From positions 1-49,478 of the forward strand of contig CAZBJQ010000003.1 of the NCBI GenBank assembly GCA_964492235.1: 49,478 bases of DNA, given 5' to 3'. The notes beneath the pieces were generated by a model. That model searched no databases, was not told the DNA's origin, and was given only the letters and a program-made list of their open reading frames with translations. Both the position numbers and the translations under genes were made by a program. This document shows, in pieces, positions 18,123 through 26,600 of this stretch (position 1 is its first letter; each line of letters starts with the position of its first letter). This stretch comes from an uncultured Anaerolineaceae bacterium. Lineage in GTDB: Bacteria > Chloroflexota > Anaerolineae > Anaerolineales > E44-bin32.

Positions 18123-18755
18123 TCAGTCGACAGGCGGCAGTGGGGCGGGCAGCCGCGGCGCCAGCACGCGCCGCAGTTCCTCCTGGATGGCCTCGACCGT
18201 CTGTCGCCCGTCGATAGTCACCCAGCGCTGGGGCTCGGCTGCGGCCAGCGCCAGATATCCCTGGCGGACGCGCTGATGGAACTCGACATTGTAGGCATCC
18301 AAGCGATTCCAGCCGCCGTGGTCCTTGCGCCGGACCAGGCCCTCCTCGGCCGGGATATCGAGCAGGAAGGTGATGTCCGGCACCAGCCCGCCGGTGGCGA
18401 AGGCAGTGATGGCGCGCAGCGCATCCAGGTCGAGCCGGTGGCCGTAGCCCTGGTAGGCGAAGGTCGAATCAAAGAAGCGGTCGGACAAGACAGTGCCGCC
18501 GGCCTGCAAATGCGGCCGGATGATCTCATGGCATAGCTGAGCACGCGAAGCCGAGAAGAGCAAGATCTCGGTTCGCGGGTGCATGGGGGTATTAGATAGG
18601 TCCGTCAGGACCTGGCGGACTTGGTCACTGATGGCGGTCCCGCCCGGCTCACGCGTCTGCAGGACGTCCAGCCCAGATGTGCGCAGGTGATCCGCCAGCA
18701 GACGGACCTGGGTGGACTTGCCGCACCCGTCGGGGCCTTCCAGGGTGATGAACAT
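18123..18755 (-). CDS. tmk: Thymidylate (dTMP) kinase
   Basis: MFITLEGPDGCGKST and TREPGGT motifs. Trimmed to ATG 18755, one nt after the stop of the upstream gene. Confidence 0.9.
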   Translation of the reverse strand: MFITLEGPDGCGKSTQVRLLADHLRTSGLDVLQTREPGGTAISDQVRQVLTDLSNTPMHPRTEILLFSASRAQLCHEIIRPHLQAGGTVLSDRFFDSTFAYQGYGHRLDLDALRAITAFATGGLVPDITFLLDIPAEEGLVRRKDHGGWNRLDAYNVEFHQRVRQGYLALAAAEPQRWVTIDGRQTVEAIQEELRRVLAPRLPAPLPPVD

Positions 18756-18756
18756 C

Positions 18757-20355
18757 TCAGTTCCGGAAGATACGCACGCGCCGATTCGGTTCCTTGCCGT
18801 ACGAATGCGAAACCAGGTCGGCCTGGCGTGCGAGCTGGTGCTGCAGCCGACGAATGTACGCCGACGACGGCGATAAGTCAACCGAATTGGCGCCGTTCAG
18901 GACGGCGCTGATCGCCTGTTGTGTTTCCTGCAAGGCGACATCCAGCTGCGGCTCCTGGGGGGAGCTGGCCTCCAGGCTGAACAAGTCGGTGAGGAAGTTC
19001 TCCATCTGACCGACAGTGTTGGCCCGCAGGACGTAGATGGGCATCCGGCGGGCCTCGGCATCGGAGATGAGCTTCTGGTGGCGTCGATAGTAGGCGCGCA
19101 GAGTGACGATCACGTCGGCTTCCCCTGGTTCATCTACCAGAATCGCCGGCACGTGCATGCGGCGGGCTGCCGTGCGCAAGCGGTTGCGGGCGACGCCGTA
19201 GGCGTAGACGCGCACGGGCGTGAGCGGGCTGCCGGGCATGTGCGGCGGCGTCGGGGAGTACGGCAGGGTGTCCGCCTCCCCTGGTGCCGTCGATGGCTGC
19301 GCAGCCTGTCGGCGATAACCGCGCTCCTGGCTGCGGCCCCGGGAGGCAGCCGGCGGCGCGGCCTCGACGTGGACCTCGCCCTCGACATCCAGGGCGCGAA
19401 TCTCCGGTGGCAGCGGGCGACCGCGCAGCATGGCATCCACGGCGCTGGCCACATCGTGCTGGACGGCGACCCGGTCGCGGTCGATGATCTCGATCAGAAC
19501 GTCGAAGGTCGGGGCGGCCCGCCGCTCGAGAACGGTCTTCTGTGTCCCGCGGCGGCGGGCTTCCTCATCGGAGAGCGTGACCGACTCGATGCCCCCGACC
19601 AGGTCGGACAAGGTGGGATTGAGCAGCAGGTTCTCGAGGGTGTTGCCGTGCGCTGTGCCGATCAGCTGTACACCGCGCTCGGCGATGGTGCGGGCAGCGG
19701 CGGCCTCCAGCTCTCGCCCGATCTCGTCGATAACGATGACTTCAGGGTTGTGGTTTTCGACCGCCTCGATCATGACCTCGTGCTGCAGGCTGGGCTCGCG
19801 CACCTGCATGCGGCGGGCTCGGCCGATGGCAGGATGGGGGACGTCCCCGTCCCCGGCGATCTCATTGGAGGTGTCGACGATCACCACCCGCTTGTCATCG
19901 GCCAGAATGCGGGCGGCCTCGCGCAACATCGTCGTCTTGCCTACGCCGGGCCGCCCCACAAGCAGAACCGACTTACCGCTGCCGATCAGGTCCTGGATGA
20001 TGTCGATCGTCCCGTAGACGGCGCGGCCGACGCGGCAGGTCAGACCCACGATACGGGCATGGCGGTTGCGGATGGCGGAGATGCGGTGCAGGGTGCGCTC
20101 CATCCCCGCCCGATTGTCGGCGTCGAACTCGCCGATGCGAGCCACCACGTAGTCAATGTCCTCCGGCAGGGTCTCGCGGTCTTGCAGAGGCACTTCACGG
20201 TCGACGAAGCGGGCGGTGGGGATCCGGCCGAGATCGAGGAGGACCTCGAGCAGGTCGTCGGAGCGGTCGATCTCGATCAGGCGCTGGGCGATCGTCCTGG
20301 GAAGGACGTCGAACATGGCGTCGAGATTGTCGGTGATGCGTCTACCGGGAGCCAT
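18757..20355 (-). CDS. AAA-type ATPase of the SpoIIIAA/Ycf45 type with a C-terminal R3H nucleic-acid-binding domain
   Basis: Walker A GRPGVGKTT, Walker B VIVIDEIG, and C-terminal R3H-like RRLQHQLA...SHSYGKEPNRRVRIF. Confidence 0.85.
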   Translation of the reverse strand: MAPGRRITDNLDAMFDVLPRTIAQRLIEIDRSDDLLEVLLDLGRIPTARFVDREVPLQDRETLPEDIDYVVARIGEFDADNRAGMERTLHRISAIRNRHARIVGLTCRVGRAVYGTIDIIQDLIGSGKSVLLVGRPGVGKTTMLREAARILADDKRVVIVDTSNEIAGDGDVPHPAIGRARRMQVREPSLQHEVMIEAVENHNPEVIVIDEIGRELEAAAARTIAERGVQLIGTAHGNTLENLLLNPTLSDLVGGIESVTLSDEEARRRGTQKTVLERRAAPTFDVLIEIIDRDRVAVQHDVASAVDAMLRGRPLPPEIRALDVEGEVHVEAAPPAASRGRSQERGYRRQAAQPSTAPGEADTLPYSPTPPHMPGSPLTPVRVYAYGVARNRLRTAARRMHVPAILVDEPGEADVIVTLRAYYRRHQKLISDAEARRMPIYVLRANTVGQMENFLTDLFSLEASSPQEPQLDVALQETQQAISAVLNGANSVDLSPSSAYIRRLQHQLARQADLVSHSYGKEPNRRVRIFRN

Positions 20356-20573
20356 GGTGTGGTTCGCCCTCGTTCTGTGGCAATTCTACCTTGCACGCTC
20401 GGCAGGGTGAAGCCAGACCACTCGCCGATGAGAGAGGCAACGCCTTTGGTGGCTAGGGTGAAGCCCCAACACCATCCGCACGGATTCCTGGCGGGCAGAT
20501 TGCAGTCTGTTTCCGTTCCAAGGGAATTGGTCGGGCAGCCTGGCCGGGGAAGTCGCCCCTGACGGTTGGCGCA

Positions 20574-22778
20574 TCAACTCAGCTCCCCAATCGGCCGCGA
20601 GACGTGCGGAATCGGCAAGGGTAAACCCCGACGGCTCTCAGACAATGACGGAGCGGCGAAGGAGGACGGCGAATGCCCCGTCGTCGGGTCGCCAAGATCA
20701 CACTCGAAGTACCAGTAGAGGGGATCGCCGCGGCGATAGGGTTCCTCTGCGGTGGCCTCACAACGCAGGTCCGCCTTGATGCGCGCGATCTCTGACCGAC
20801 TACCCGGGAGGACGACGAACACGGCCGACTCCCCATCGAGGGTGGGATTCTCCTCCGACCCCCAGGGGTAGAGCATCTCGGTGACGGTAACCCCCGAGGC
20901 AAGGTAGATCAGGCTCGGATTGGCGTAGTAGCGAAACCGATCGTCGCCGATGTAGACGAGTTGACGATCCTTGCTCCCTCTGTCGAGGTAGTGGGTCACC
21001 CGCTGAGCAATCAGGGCGGGGAACCCCCCGAAGTTGCCGCGTGGGGTGTAGTCGAAGAAGTAGAAGCGCCCATCATCCAGTGCGAGTGCCAAGGTGAAGA
21101 CCGCGAACAAGGCGGTTGAAGGAAGCGACCAGCGAGCGAAATGACGCTCGGCCATATCGGGCACGACGCTCAGTACGTAGCCGAGAACCAGTGCGCACGC
21201 TGGAACTGCCGCGACGTAGCGCTGTGCGGCCGGAGTACTCTCGCTCACCGCGCCGATCAGGCCAAAACCGAGGAGCCAAAGGGCAAGCAACTGGCTGCGC
21301 TCATCTTTGGGACGCAGGACCAGCAGCCCTGCCCCAACAAGGAAAAGCGTCGCCGGCACTCGGCGAAGGATGGCCGTCCCGGGGAGGTAGAAGTAGTGTA
21401 GAGGTGCATGTGTGTACGCTAGGAGTCCAAGGGTTGCCTGTCGCAGCAGTACTATCCACGCGGGATCTCCCGTCAGCTCCGTTTGATACGGAAGCCAATC
21501 GCCAAGAATACTGACGCCTCGCAGCGGTCCCATGAACTCATCTGGATTCTTGGTGTAGAACCAAGCCAGCGGCAAGGCAACACTCGCGGCCACGAGACCC
21601 GCGAATCCGAAGTCGGGAAGCCTCTGGATTGCGCGTTGTCGGTGTATTAGGAGAAGAAGGGCGAGCCAGGCCGGGACAAGAACCAACAGCGCCCGTGCGC
21701 TGGGGTAGAAGTACAGAGAGAGCCCAAGACTTAGGCCCCCCAGGAGGAAAGCGTTCCGCTCGCCGGTCTTCCAACCGTGCCAGAATGCTCCGAGGGCAGC
21801 CACGTACCAGAGGCTATCCCAGATGTTGTTCAGGCCGAGGCGGCTAAAGTGGACGTGGACGTGAGACAGAAGGAGGATGCAGGCAGCAAAGACGCCTGCT
21901 CGGTGGCCGAACATGCTGCGGCCCATCAGGTAGATCGCCCCCACGCTCAACGCACCAGCCAGGGCAGACGGAATGCGCAGTGCCTGGCTTGTCGTTCCTA
22001 GCGCTCCGATCGACAGCGCCTGGATGGAGTAATAGAGCGATGGGAATCCGTGCCATCCGATTCCGAACAAATTGCTTGCCTTTCCATTTAGAAAATCCAT
22101 GGCGCTCAATCCGACGGAGGCCTCGTCTCCGCTCAGGACGGCTGGCACAGTGCCGGTGGATAGACCTCGCACGAGGAACCCGGCCGTAACGAGCAATGTG
22201 ATCCAGGCGATAGTTCGCCACGAGATGGACGCGGGCCTCGGGGCAAGCCTCCAGCCAGCGGCAAGCGTGAGGGTGATTCCCGCCACCCAGCAGATGGCAG
22301 CAAGCATCTGAGCTTGCCGGTCGCCGTAGTTCGAGAGAACCGCCGCCAGCACCGCGAGTAGGAGCCCGGAGGTAAGCAGGGGAAGCTGGCCATAGCAGCG
22401 TAGGGTTCCGCTGCGCGTTGTGGCTTCGCCGAAGCGGGCTGGAAGAGATATGCTGCCCTGCCAGAGGAGTAGTGCAGAACTGGCGAAGACGACCACTGTG
22501 GAGACGGCGAGCAGCGACCAAAGGACCCAGCGGAAATCTGCCCTGACGTGGGATAGCGCCCAGAAGCAGAGCAGTGCAAGCAGAGAAGCCGGGACGACCG
22601 TCACCGCCGCAGGGCGGATTGCCGCGATCTTTTGCGGCAGAAGGAAGATCCGGGAGGGAGCGTCGTCCGACTCTGGGTGTTGCAGCGACCTCCGGTAGAG
22701 GCGGAGTGTCCAGATCAAGCCGGCATCGAGCAGCATGACGGCGATGACTGACGGGAGGAACAAGTCCTCAATCATCAT
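20574..22778 (-). CDS. GT-C fold glycosyltransferase, family 39 (ArnT/PMT)-like
   Basis: 734 aa with at least 13 TM helices. Loop motif LSGDEASVGLSAMDF followed by GWHGFPSLYY and RIPSALAG-type helices typical of GT39-like enzymes. Soluble C-terminal domain. The ATG overlaps the upstream stop by 4 nt. Confidence 0.75.
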   Translation of the reverse strand: MMIEDLFLPSVIAVMLLDAGLIWTLRLYRRSLQHPESDDAPSRIFLLPQKIAAIRPAAVTVVPASLLALLCFWALSHVRADFRWVLWSLLAVSTVVVFASSALLLWQGSISLPARFGEATTRSGTLRCYGQLPLLTSGLLLAVLAAVLSNYGDRQAQMLAAICWVAGITLTLAAGWRLAPRPASISWRTIAWITLLVTAGFLVRGLSTGTVPAVLSGDEASVGLSAMDFLNGKASNLFGIGWHGFPSLYYSIQALSIGALGTTSQALRIPSALAGALSVGAIYLMGRSMFGHRAGVFAACILLLSHVHVHFSRLGLNNIWDSLWYVAALGAFWHGWKTGERNAFLLGGLSLGLSLYFYPSARALLVLVPAWLALLLLIHRQRAIQRLPDFGFAGLVAASVALPLAWFYTKNPDEFMGPLRGVSILGDWLPYQTELTGDPAWIVLLRQATLGLLAYTHAPLHYFYLPGTAILRRVPATLFLVGAGLLVLRPKDERSQLLALWLLGFGLIGAVSESTPAAQRYVAAVPACALVLGYVLSVVPDMAERHFARWSLPSTALFAVFTLALALDDGRFYFFDYTPRGNFGGFPALIAQRVTHYLDRGSKDRQLVYIGDDRFRYYANPSLIYLASGVTVTEMLYPWGSEENPTLDGESAVFVVLPGSRSEIARIKADLRCEATAEEPYRRGDPLYWYFECDLGDPTTGHSPSSFAAPSLSESRRGLPLPIPHVSRPIGELS

Positions 22779-23842
22779 CGCCCATTGGATTGCCCGAAGG
22801 CCTTCTCCTCTCCGGTCCGCCCGCCCGAATGCAAATTGCCGCGGCCGGAGATTCGCCGACTACGGCCTGGCGAGCCGGGTTCTGGGTTGAACTGAGCCAT
22901 CGGTGCCGTCGTTTCGGCGGTGGCGCCGGACGGCGCCCGTTCGGAGATGGATGCCGTCTGGCGAATCGGGACCACCAGGCGCCGGACCATCACTGCCTGA
23001 TCGCACGCGGGCTGCAAGCCGAGGCGCTCGAGGATGTCATTCAGCCAGCTCTGGTAGGAGCGCACTACGATGTACAGCGGGCGGTCGGGACGGAGGTCGA
23101 TGCCGCCGAAAAACGACAACAGAAGCTCGTCGACAGCATCGGCCGCCGGATGCAGATACGGTTGCACCCAGAAACCGATCGGGCCACGGTCGATGCTCAG
23201 ATAGCCCAGGATCTCCTTCTGGTGTGCATGCACCCAACCCCGGCCATTACGGTGTGGTGGCGCCTCGACCTGCTGGACCAGGCCGGGGACCAGGTTGGAG
23301 TACAGTGTGGTGACCGCCAGCTCATCGGCGGATGTCTCGTGCCGCCAGGCGAGGTGCCGGGGGCCCGCCGGCGCCAAAGACGAATCGGTGGCGGTGACTG
23401 TGCGATGGGCCTCGAGGCGCCAGATGCGCTGCCGGGCATACACGGCGAATCCGACGCGGCGTAGCGCCTCGAAGGCCGGGATGTGCTCATCGACCTCGGC
23501 CACCAAATGCCGCGCCCCCTGGCCGCCGGCGGTGTGGGTGAGCGCATCCAACAGGTGCTGGCCGGAAGCGGCCCCGAGCATGCTCGCCGGGCTGAAGAAG
23601 GCCAGGCGGGCGAGACCGTCTTGTTGCCGGTACATGAACTGGCCGAGGCAGTCCGGGCTGCCTTGGCCCTGGGTGCGGGCCACCAGTGTATGCGTGCTCT
23701 GGATCGGGTTGAGCATGTCGAGCAGGGCGTGCTGCACGGTGTGGGGGCCACGAGTGAAGGCAAGCTGAGAGTCGAGGCACAACCCACCGCTGCGCAGCCG
23801 ATGCATCAACGAGAGGTCGCGCCAGTCAAGCGGCCGGATCAT
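22775..23842 (-). CDS. Hypothetical protein with a GNAT-like acetyltransferase core (tentative)
   Basis: Track ORF trimmed to ATG 23842 (MIRPLDWRDL...), which overlaps the pdxT stop (ATGA). The segment ARHLVAEVDEHIPAFEALRRVGFAVYARQRIW resembles the GNAT C-terminal beta-alpha-beta. The tail is low-complexity. Confidence 0.55.
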   Translation of the reverse strand: MIRPLDWRDLSLMHRLRSGGLCLDSQLAFTRGPHTVQHALLDMLNPIQSTHTLVARTQGQGSPDCLGQFMYRQQDGLARLAFFSPASMLGAASGQHLLDALTHTAGGQGARHLVAEVDEHIPAFEALRRVGFAVYARQRIWRLEAHRTVTATDSSLAPAGPRHLAWRHETSADELAVTTLYSNLVPGLVQQVEAPPHRNGRGWVHAHQKEILGYLSIDRGPIGFWVQPYLHPAADAVDELLLSFFGGIDLRPDRPLYIVVRSYQSWLNDILERLGLQPACDQAVMVRRLVVPIRQTASISERAPSGATAETTAPMAQFNPEPGSPGRSRRISGRGNLHSGGRTGEEKAFGQSNGR

Positions 23843-24426
23843 GCCACCACTTGCTCGCAGAAGTAGCGATGGAAGCGATCGTCGTCGGTCAATTCGGGGT
23901 GAAACGAGGTCGCCAACAAGTGCCCGTGGCGGGCGGCGACGACCGCCTTTTGGCCTGCGTTGTTGAAAGGCACCCGAGCCAGGATCTCGACGCCATGCCC
24001 GGCGCGTTCGATGAGTGGGGCGCGGATGAACACGGCGTGGAATGGCCGAGTCGGGTCCGGCAAGGCGGCCACCTCCAGGTCGGCTTCGAAGCTGTCGACC
24101 TGGCGGCCAAAGGCGTTGCGCTGCACGCTGATATCCATCAGTCCAAGCAATGGTTGCTCGCGGTCCGGCTGGCGTGCGAGGAAGATGGCGCCGGCACACG
24201 TTCCCCAGATGGCTCGTTGATGCCCGAAGGCCCGCAGCGGCTCCATCATCCCGAAGCGCGTCGCCAGCTTACCGATGGTGGTCGACTCGCCGCCAGGGAT
24301 GATCAGGCCGTCGAGGCCTTCGAGGTCGCCGGGCAGCCGAACCTGCCGGGTTTCGATGCTGAGACGCCGCAGCATGGCGGCATGTTCGGCGAAGTCGCCC
24401 TGCAAGGCGAGGATCCCAATCTTCAT
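23839..24426 (-). CDS. pdxT: Pyridoxal 5'-phosphate synthase glutaminase subunit
   Basis: MKIGILALQGDF...IIPGGESTT...GTCAG...FHPE motifs. Trimmed to ATG 24426. Confidence 0.92.
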   Translation of the reverse strand: MKIGILALQGDFAEHAAMLRRLSIETRQVRLPGDLEGLDGLIIPGGESTTIGKLATRFGMMEPLRAFGHQRAIWGTCAGAIFLARQPDREQPLLGLMDISVQRNAFGRQVDSFEADLEVAALPDPTRPFHAVFIRAPLIERAGHGVEILARVPFNNAGQKAVVAARHGHLLATSFHPELTDDDRFHRYFCEQVVA

Positions 24427-24935
24427 TCTTTGGCCCACCGTTCCTTGCCCGACCAACCGTCGATCTCGATGGCATACACGTTGGTGCGCGCCACTTCGTT
24501 GTCGGTCATTGGACGGTAGTCCTCTCCCGGATGCAAGTCCGGGAAGTACTTGTCGAGCAGCGACTGGAGCGCGGTTCGCTTTTCCATATCGGTGTCGACC
24601 AGGCGGCCCCGGCCGAAGGCGATCACGCTGGCATATTCGTTCTCAAAGTCGGCAGCGTTCTTGCCAGGGATCAGCCTGCCCAGTTCGGCGACGCTGAAGC
24701 ACACGCGTGGATTGGCTTGCAGATTCTCCAGCGTCCGGCCTTTGAGGGCGCCGTGGAAATAGATGCGCCGGTTCCCCGGGTCGAACCAGAACAGGCTGAC
24801 GTGCAGGAAGGGCTGGTCGTCGAGGCTGGTGGCCAGATAGCCGAAGGACGCCCGCCGCAACAATGCCTGGATGGCATCGTCGCCGGGCATGGCGTACTCA
24901 GACCGTCGCAGTTGCGTCCAGTCCTGGACTGACAT
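24423..24935 (-). CDS. Pyridoxamine 5'-phosphate oxidase (PNPOx)-like split-barrel flavoprotein
   Basis: 170 aa. The pattern ...FGYLATS..DDQPF.HVSLFWFD..NRRIYFHGA.KGR...NL..NPRVCFSV is typical of the PNPOx/FMN-binding split-barrel family. The stop overlaps the pdxT start by 4 nt. Confidence 0.8.
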   Translation of the reverse strand: MSVQDWTQLRRSEYAMPGDDAIQALLRRASFGYLATSLDDQPFLHVSLFWFDPGNRRIYFHGALKGRTLENLQANPRVCFSVAELGRLIPGKNAADFENEYASVIAFGRGRLVDTDMEKRTALQSLLDKYFPDLHPGEDYRPMTDNEVARTNVYAIEIDGWSGKERWAKE

Positions 24936-24973
24936 GGCTGCTCAGTTCGTCGAGGTCACCAGGTGGGAGCCGA

Positions 24974-25861
24974 TCACCACCCGCGGGCGGCCAGGCGCTC
25001 GGACTCGTGCAGGGAGGTGACACCGATCCCAACCATGGGCTCGCCCAGGTCCTTGCTGACCTCGGCCAGGATCTGGGGGTCATTGTAGTGGGTGACAGCA
25101 GCCACGATGGCCCGGGCGCGGCGCTCGGGATCGCCGGACTTGAAGATGCCCGATCCGACGAAAACGCCGTCCACGCCGAGCTGCATCATCATGGCGGCGT
25201 CGGCGGGTGTGGCCACACCGCCGGCGGCGAAGTTGACGACGGGCAGGCGGCCAAGCTGGCGCGTCTCCTTGACAAGATCGTAGGGAGCGCCGATGTCCTT
25301 GGCGTAGGCCATCAGTTCCTCGGGCGCCATGGTCTGCAGCCGGCGGATGTCTCCCAGGACGGCCCGGGCATGGCGAACGGCTTCCACCACGTCGCCGGTG
25401 CCGGCCTCGCCCTTGGTGCGAATCATGGCCGCGCCCTCGCCGATTCGCCGCAGGGCCTCACCCAGGTTGCGGCAGCCGCAGACGAATGGCACCTTGAACC
25501 CGTGCTTGTCAATGTGGTGATGCTCGTCCGCCGGTGTAAGGACTTCCGATTCGTCGATATAGTCGACTCCGAGCGCTTCGAGAATCTGGGCTTCGACGAA
25601 ATGTCCGATGCGGCACTTGGCCATCACCGGGATGGTGACCGACTGCATGATGCTCTGGATCAACCCGGGGTCGCTCATGCGGGCGACCCCGCCCTGGATG
25701 CGGATGTCGGCCGGGACCCGCTCCAGCGCCATGACAGAGACGGCGCCGGCGGCCTCGGCAATGCGGGCGTGTTCAGGCGTGACCACGTCCATGATCACCC
25801 CGCCCTTGAGCATCTGGGCCAGCCCTTTCTTCAAGGCGAACGTGCCTACTTGCTTTTCCAC
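24974..25861 (-). CDS. pdxS: Pyridoxal 5'-phosphate synthase lyase subunit
   Basis: [27 protein letters not shown] and [15 protein letters not shown], all highly characteristic of PdxS. Confidence 0.95.
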   Translation of the reverse strand: MEKQVGTFALKKGLAQMLKGGVIMDVVTPEHARIAEAAGAVSVMALERVPADIRIQGGVARMSDPGLIQSIMQSVTIPVMAKCRIGHFVEAQILEALGVDYIDESEVLTPADEHHHIDKHGFKVPFVCGCRNLGEALRRIGEGAAMIRTKGEAGTGDVVEAVRHARAVLGDIRRLQTMAPEELMAYAKDIGAPYDLVKETRQLGRLPVVNFAAGGVATPADAAMMMQLGVDGVFVGSGIFKSGDPERRARAIVAAVTHYNDPQILAEVSKDLGEPMVGIGVTSLHESERLAARGW

Positions 25862-25948
25862 CCTCGCCTCCCGCTTCGTTCTGTGCCTCTCGGCCTGATT
25901 CTACCATGCGGCGGGTGCGGCGTCCCCGCCCGGGGGATCGAGGCCGCC

Positions 25949-25976
25949 TTGACAGGCCGCAGTTTGGGTATACAAT
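25949..25976 (+). promoter_or_regulatory. Near-consensus sigma-70-type promoter for the GntR-family gene
   Basis: TTGACA (25949-25954), 16 nt spacer, TACAAT (25971-25976), in an AT-rich island between divergent pdxS and the GntR gene. Confidence 0.5.
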
Positions 25977-25994
25977 GGTACAAAGATACAAGAA

Positions 25995-26019
25995 GACAAT
26001 GAGACAATGAGGACAATAG
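25995..26019 (+). repeat. Three tandem 8-9-nt units GACAATGA GACAATGA GGACAATAG between promoter and start codon
   Basis: Read directly. Ends one nt before TTG 26021. The last unit contributes a GAGGA Shine-Dalgarno. Confidence 0.75.
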
Positions 26020-26020
26020 C

Positions 26021-26464
26021 TTGTTGAAGATGTCGCTCGACTTCCGCTCCAAGATCCCGATCTACATCCAGATCGTGGAGCAGGTGAAGCAGCAGGTGGC
26101 TACCGGGGTGCTGCGGGCCGGAGACCAACTGCCGACGGTGCGGCAGCTGGCAGCGGACCTGCGTGTGAATTTCAACACGGTGGCAAGGGCCTATCGCTTG
26201 CTCGACGAGGCCGGCCTGATCTCCACCCAGCAGGGTCGGGGCACCTACGTGCTGGGGACGCCGCCAGCCGCCCTGCGCGGCGCGCTGCGCCGTGCGGCGC
26301 TGCTGAGCCTGGTGCGTTCTTTCCTTGGAGATGCAGCTCGCCTGGGGCTGAATCCGGAGGAGGTGGCGGAGGGCACGCAGCAGATGATTGAGCGCTGGCG
26401 GCGGCACGGAATGCCTCCGGCGGACGAGGACGAGCACGAGCCGGAGAGTCGGTTGCCTGATTAG
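26021..26464 (+). CDS. GntR-family transcriptional regulator (short YhcF-like type)
   Basis: Winged-helix motif PIYIQIVEQVKQQVATGVLRAGDQLPTVRQLAADLRVNFNTVARAYRLL. Start is TTG 26021 or ATG 26030. Confidence 0.85.
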   Translation: MLKMSLDFRSKIPIYIQIVEQVKQQVATGVLRAGDQLPTVRQLAADLRVNFNTVARAYRLLDEAGLISTQQGRGTYVLGTPPAALRGALRRAALLSLVRSFLGDAARLGLNPEEVAEGTQQMIERWRRHGMPPADEDEHEPESRLPD

Positions 26465-26600
26465 CTGGTTGATGAAGTGTTCTTCTCTCGGAGAAGGGAG
26501 CCGCTAATGTGGTGGAAGGGGCCAAGCCCCAACCACCACACAAGTGAATTCCTCTCAAGCGGGATGGCTTCTTCATCAGCCTCATAGGGAGGGTGTTCGC

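Noticed and set aside
22775-24199. Long N-terminal extensions in track ORFs. Examples: 22775..24199, 12904..13653, 18123..18881, 42899..43894, 10030..10857, 9189..10388, 38400..39986, 47868..49052.
   Set aside because: The extensions overlap the preceding gene in another frame and are compositionally non-protein-like. Internal ATG codons with Shine-Dalgarno sequences or ATGA overlaps give the family-typical N-termini, so the coordinates were trimmed.
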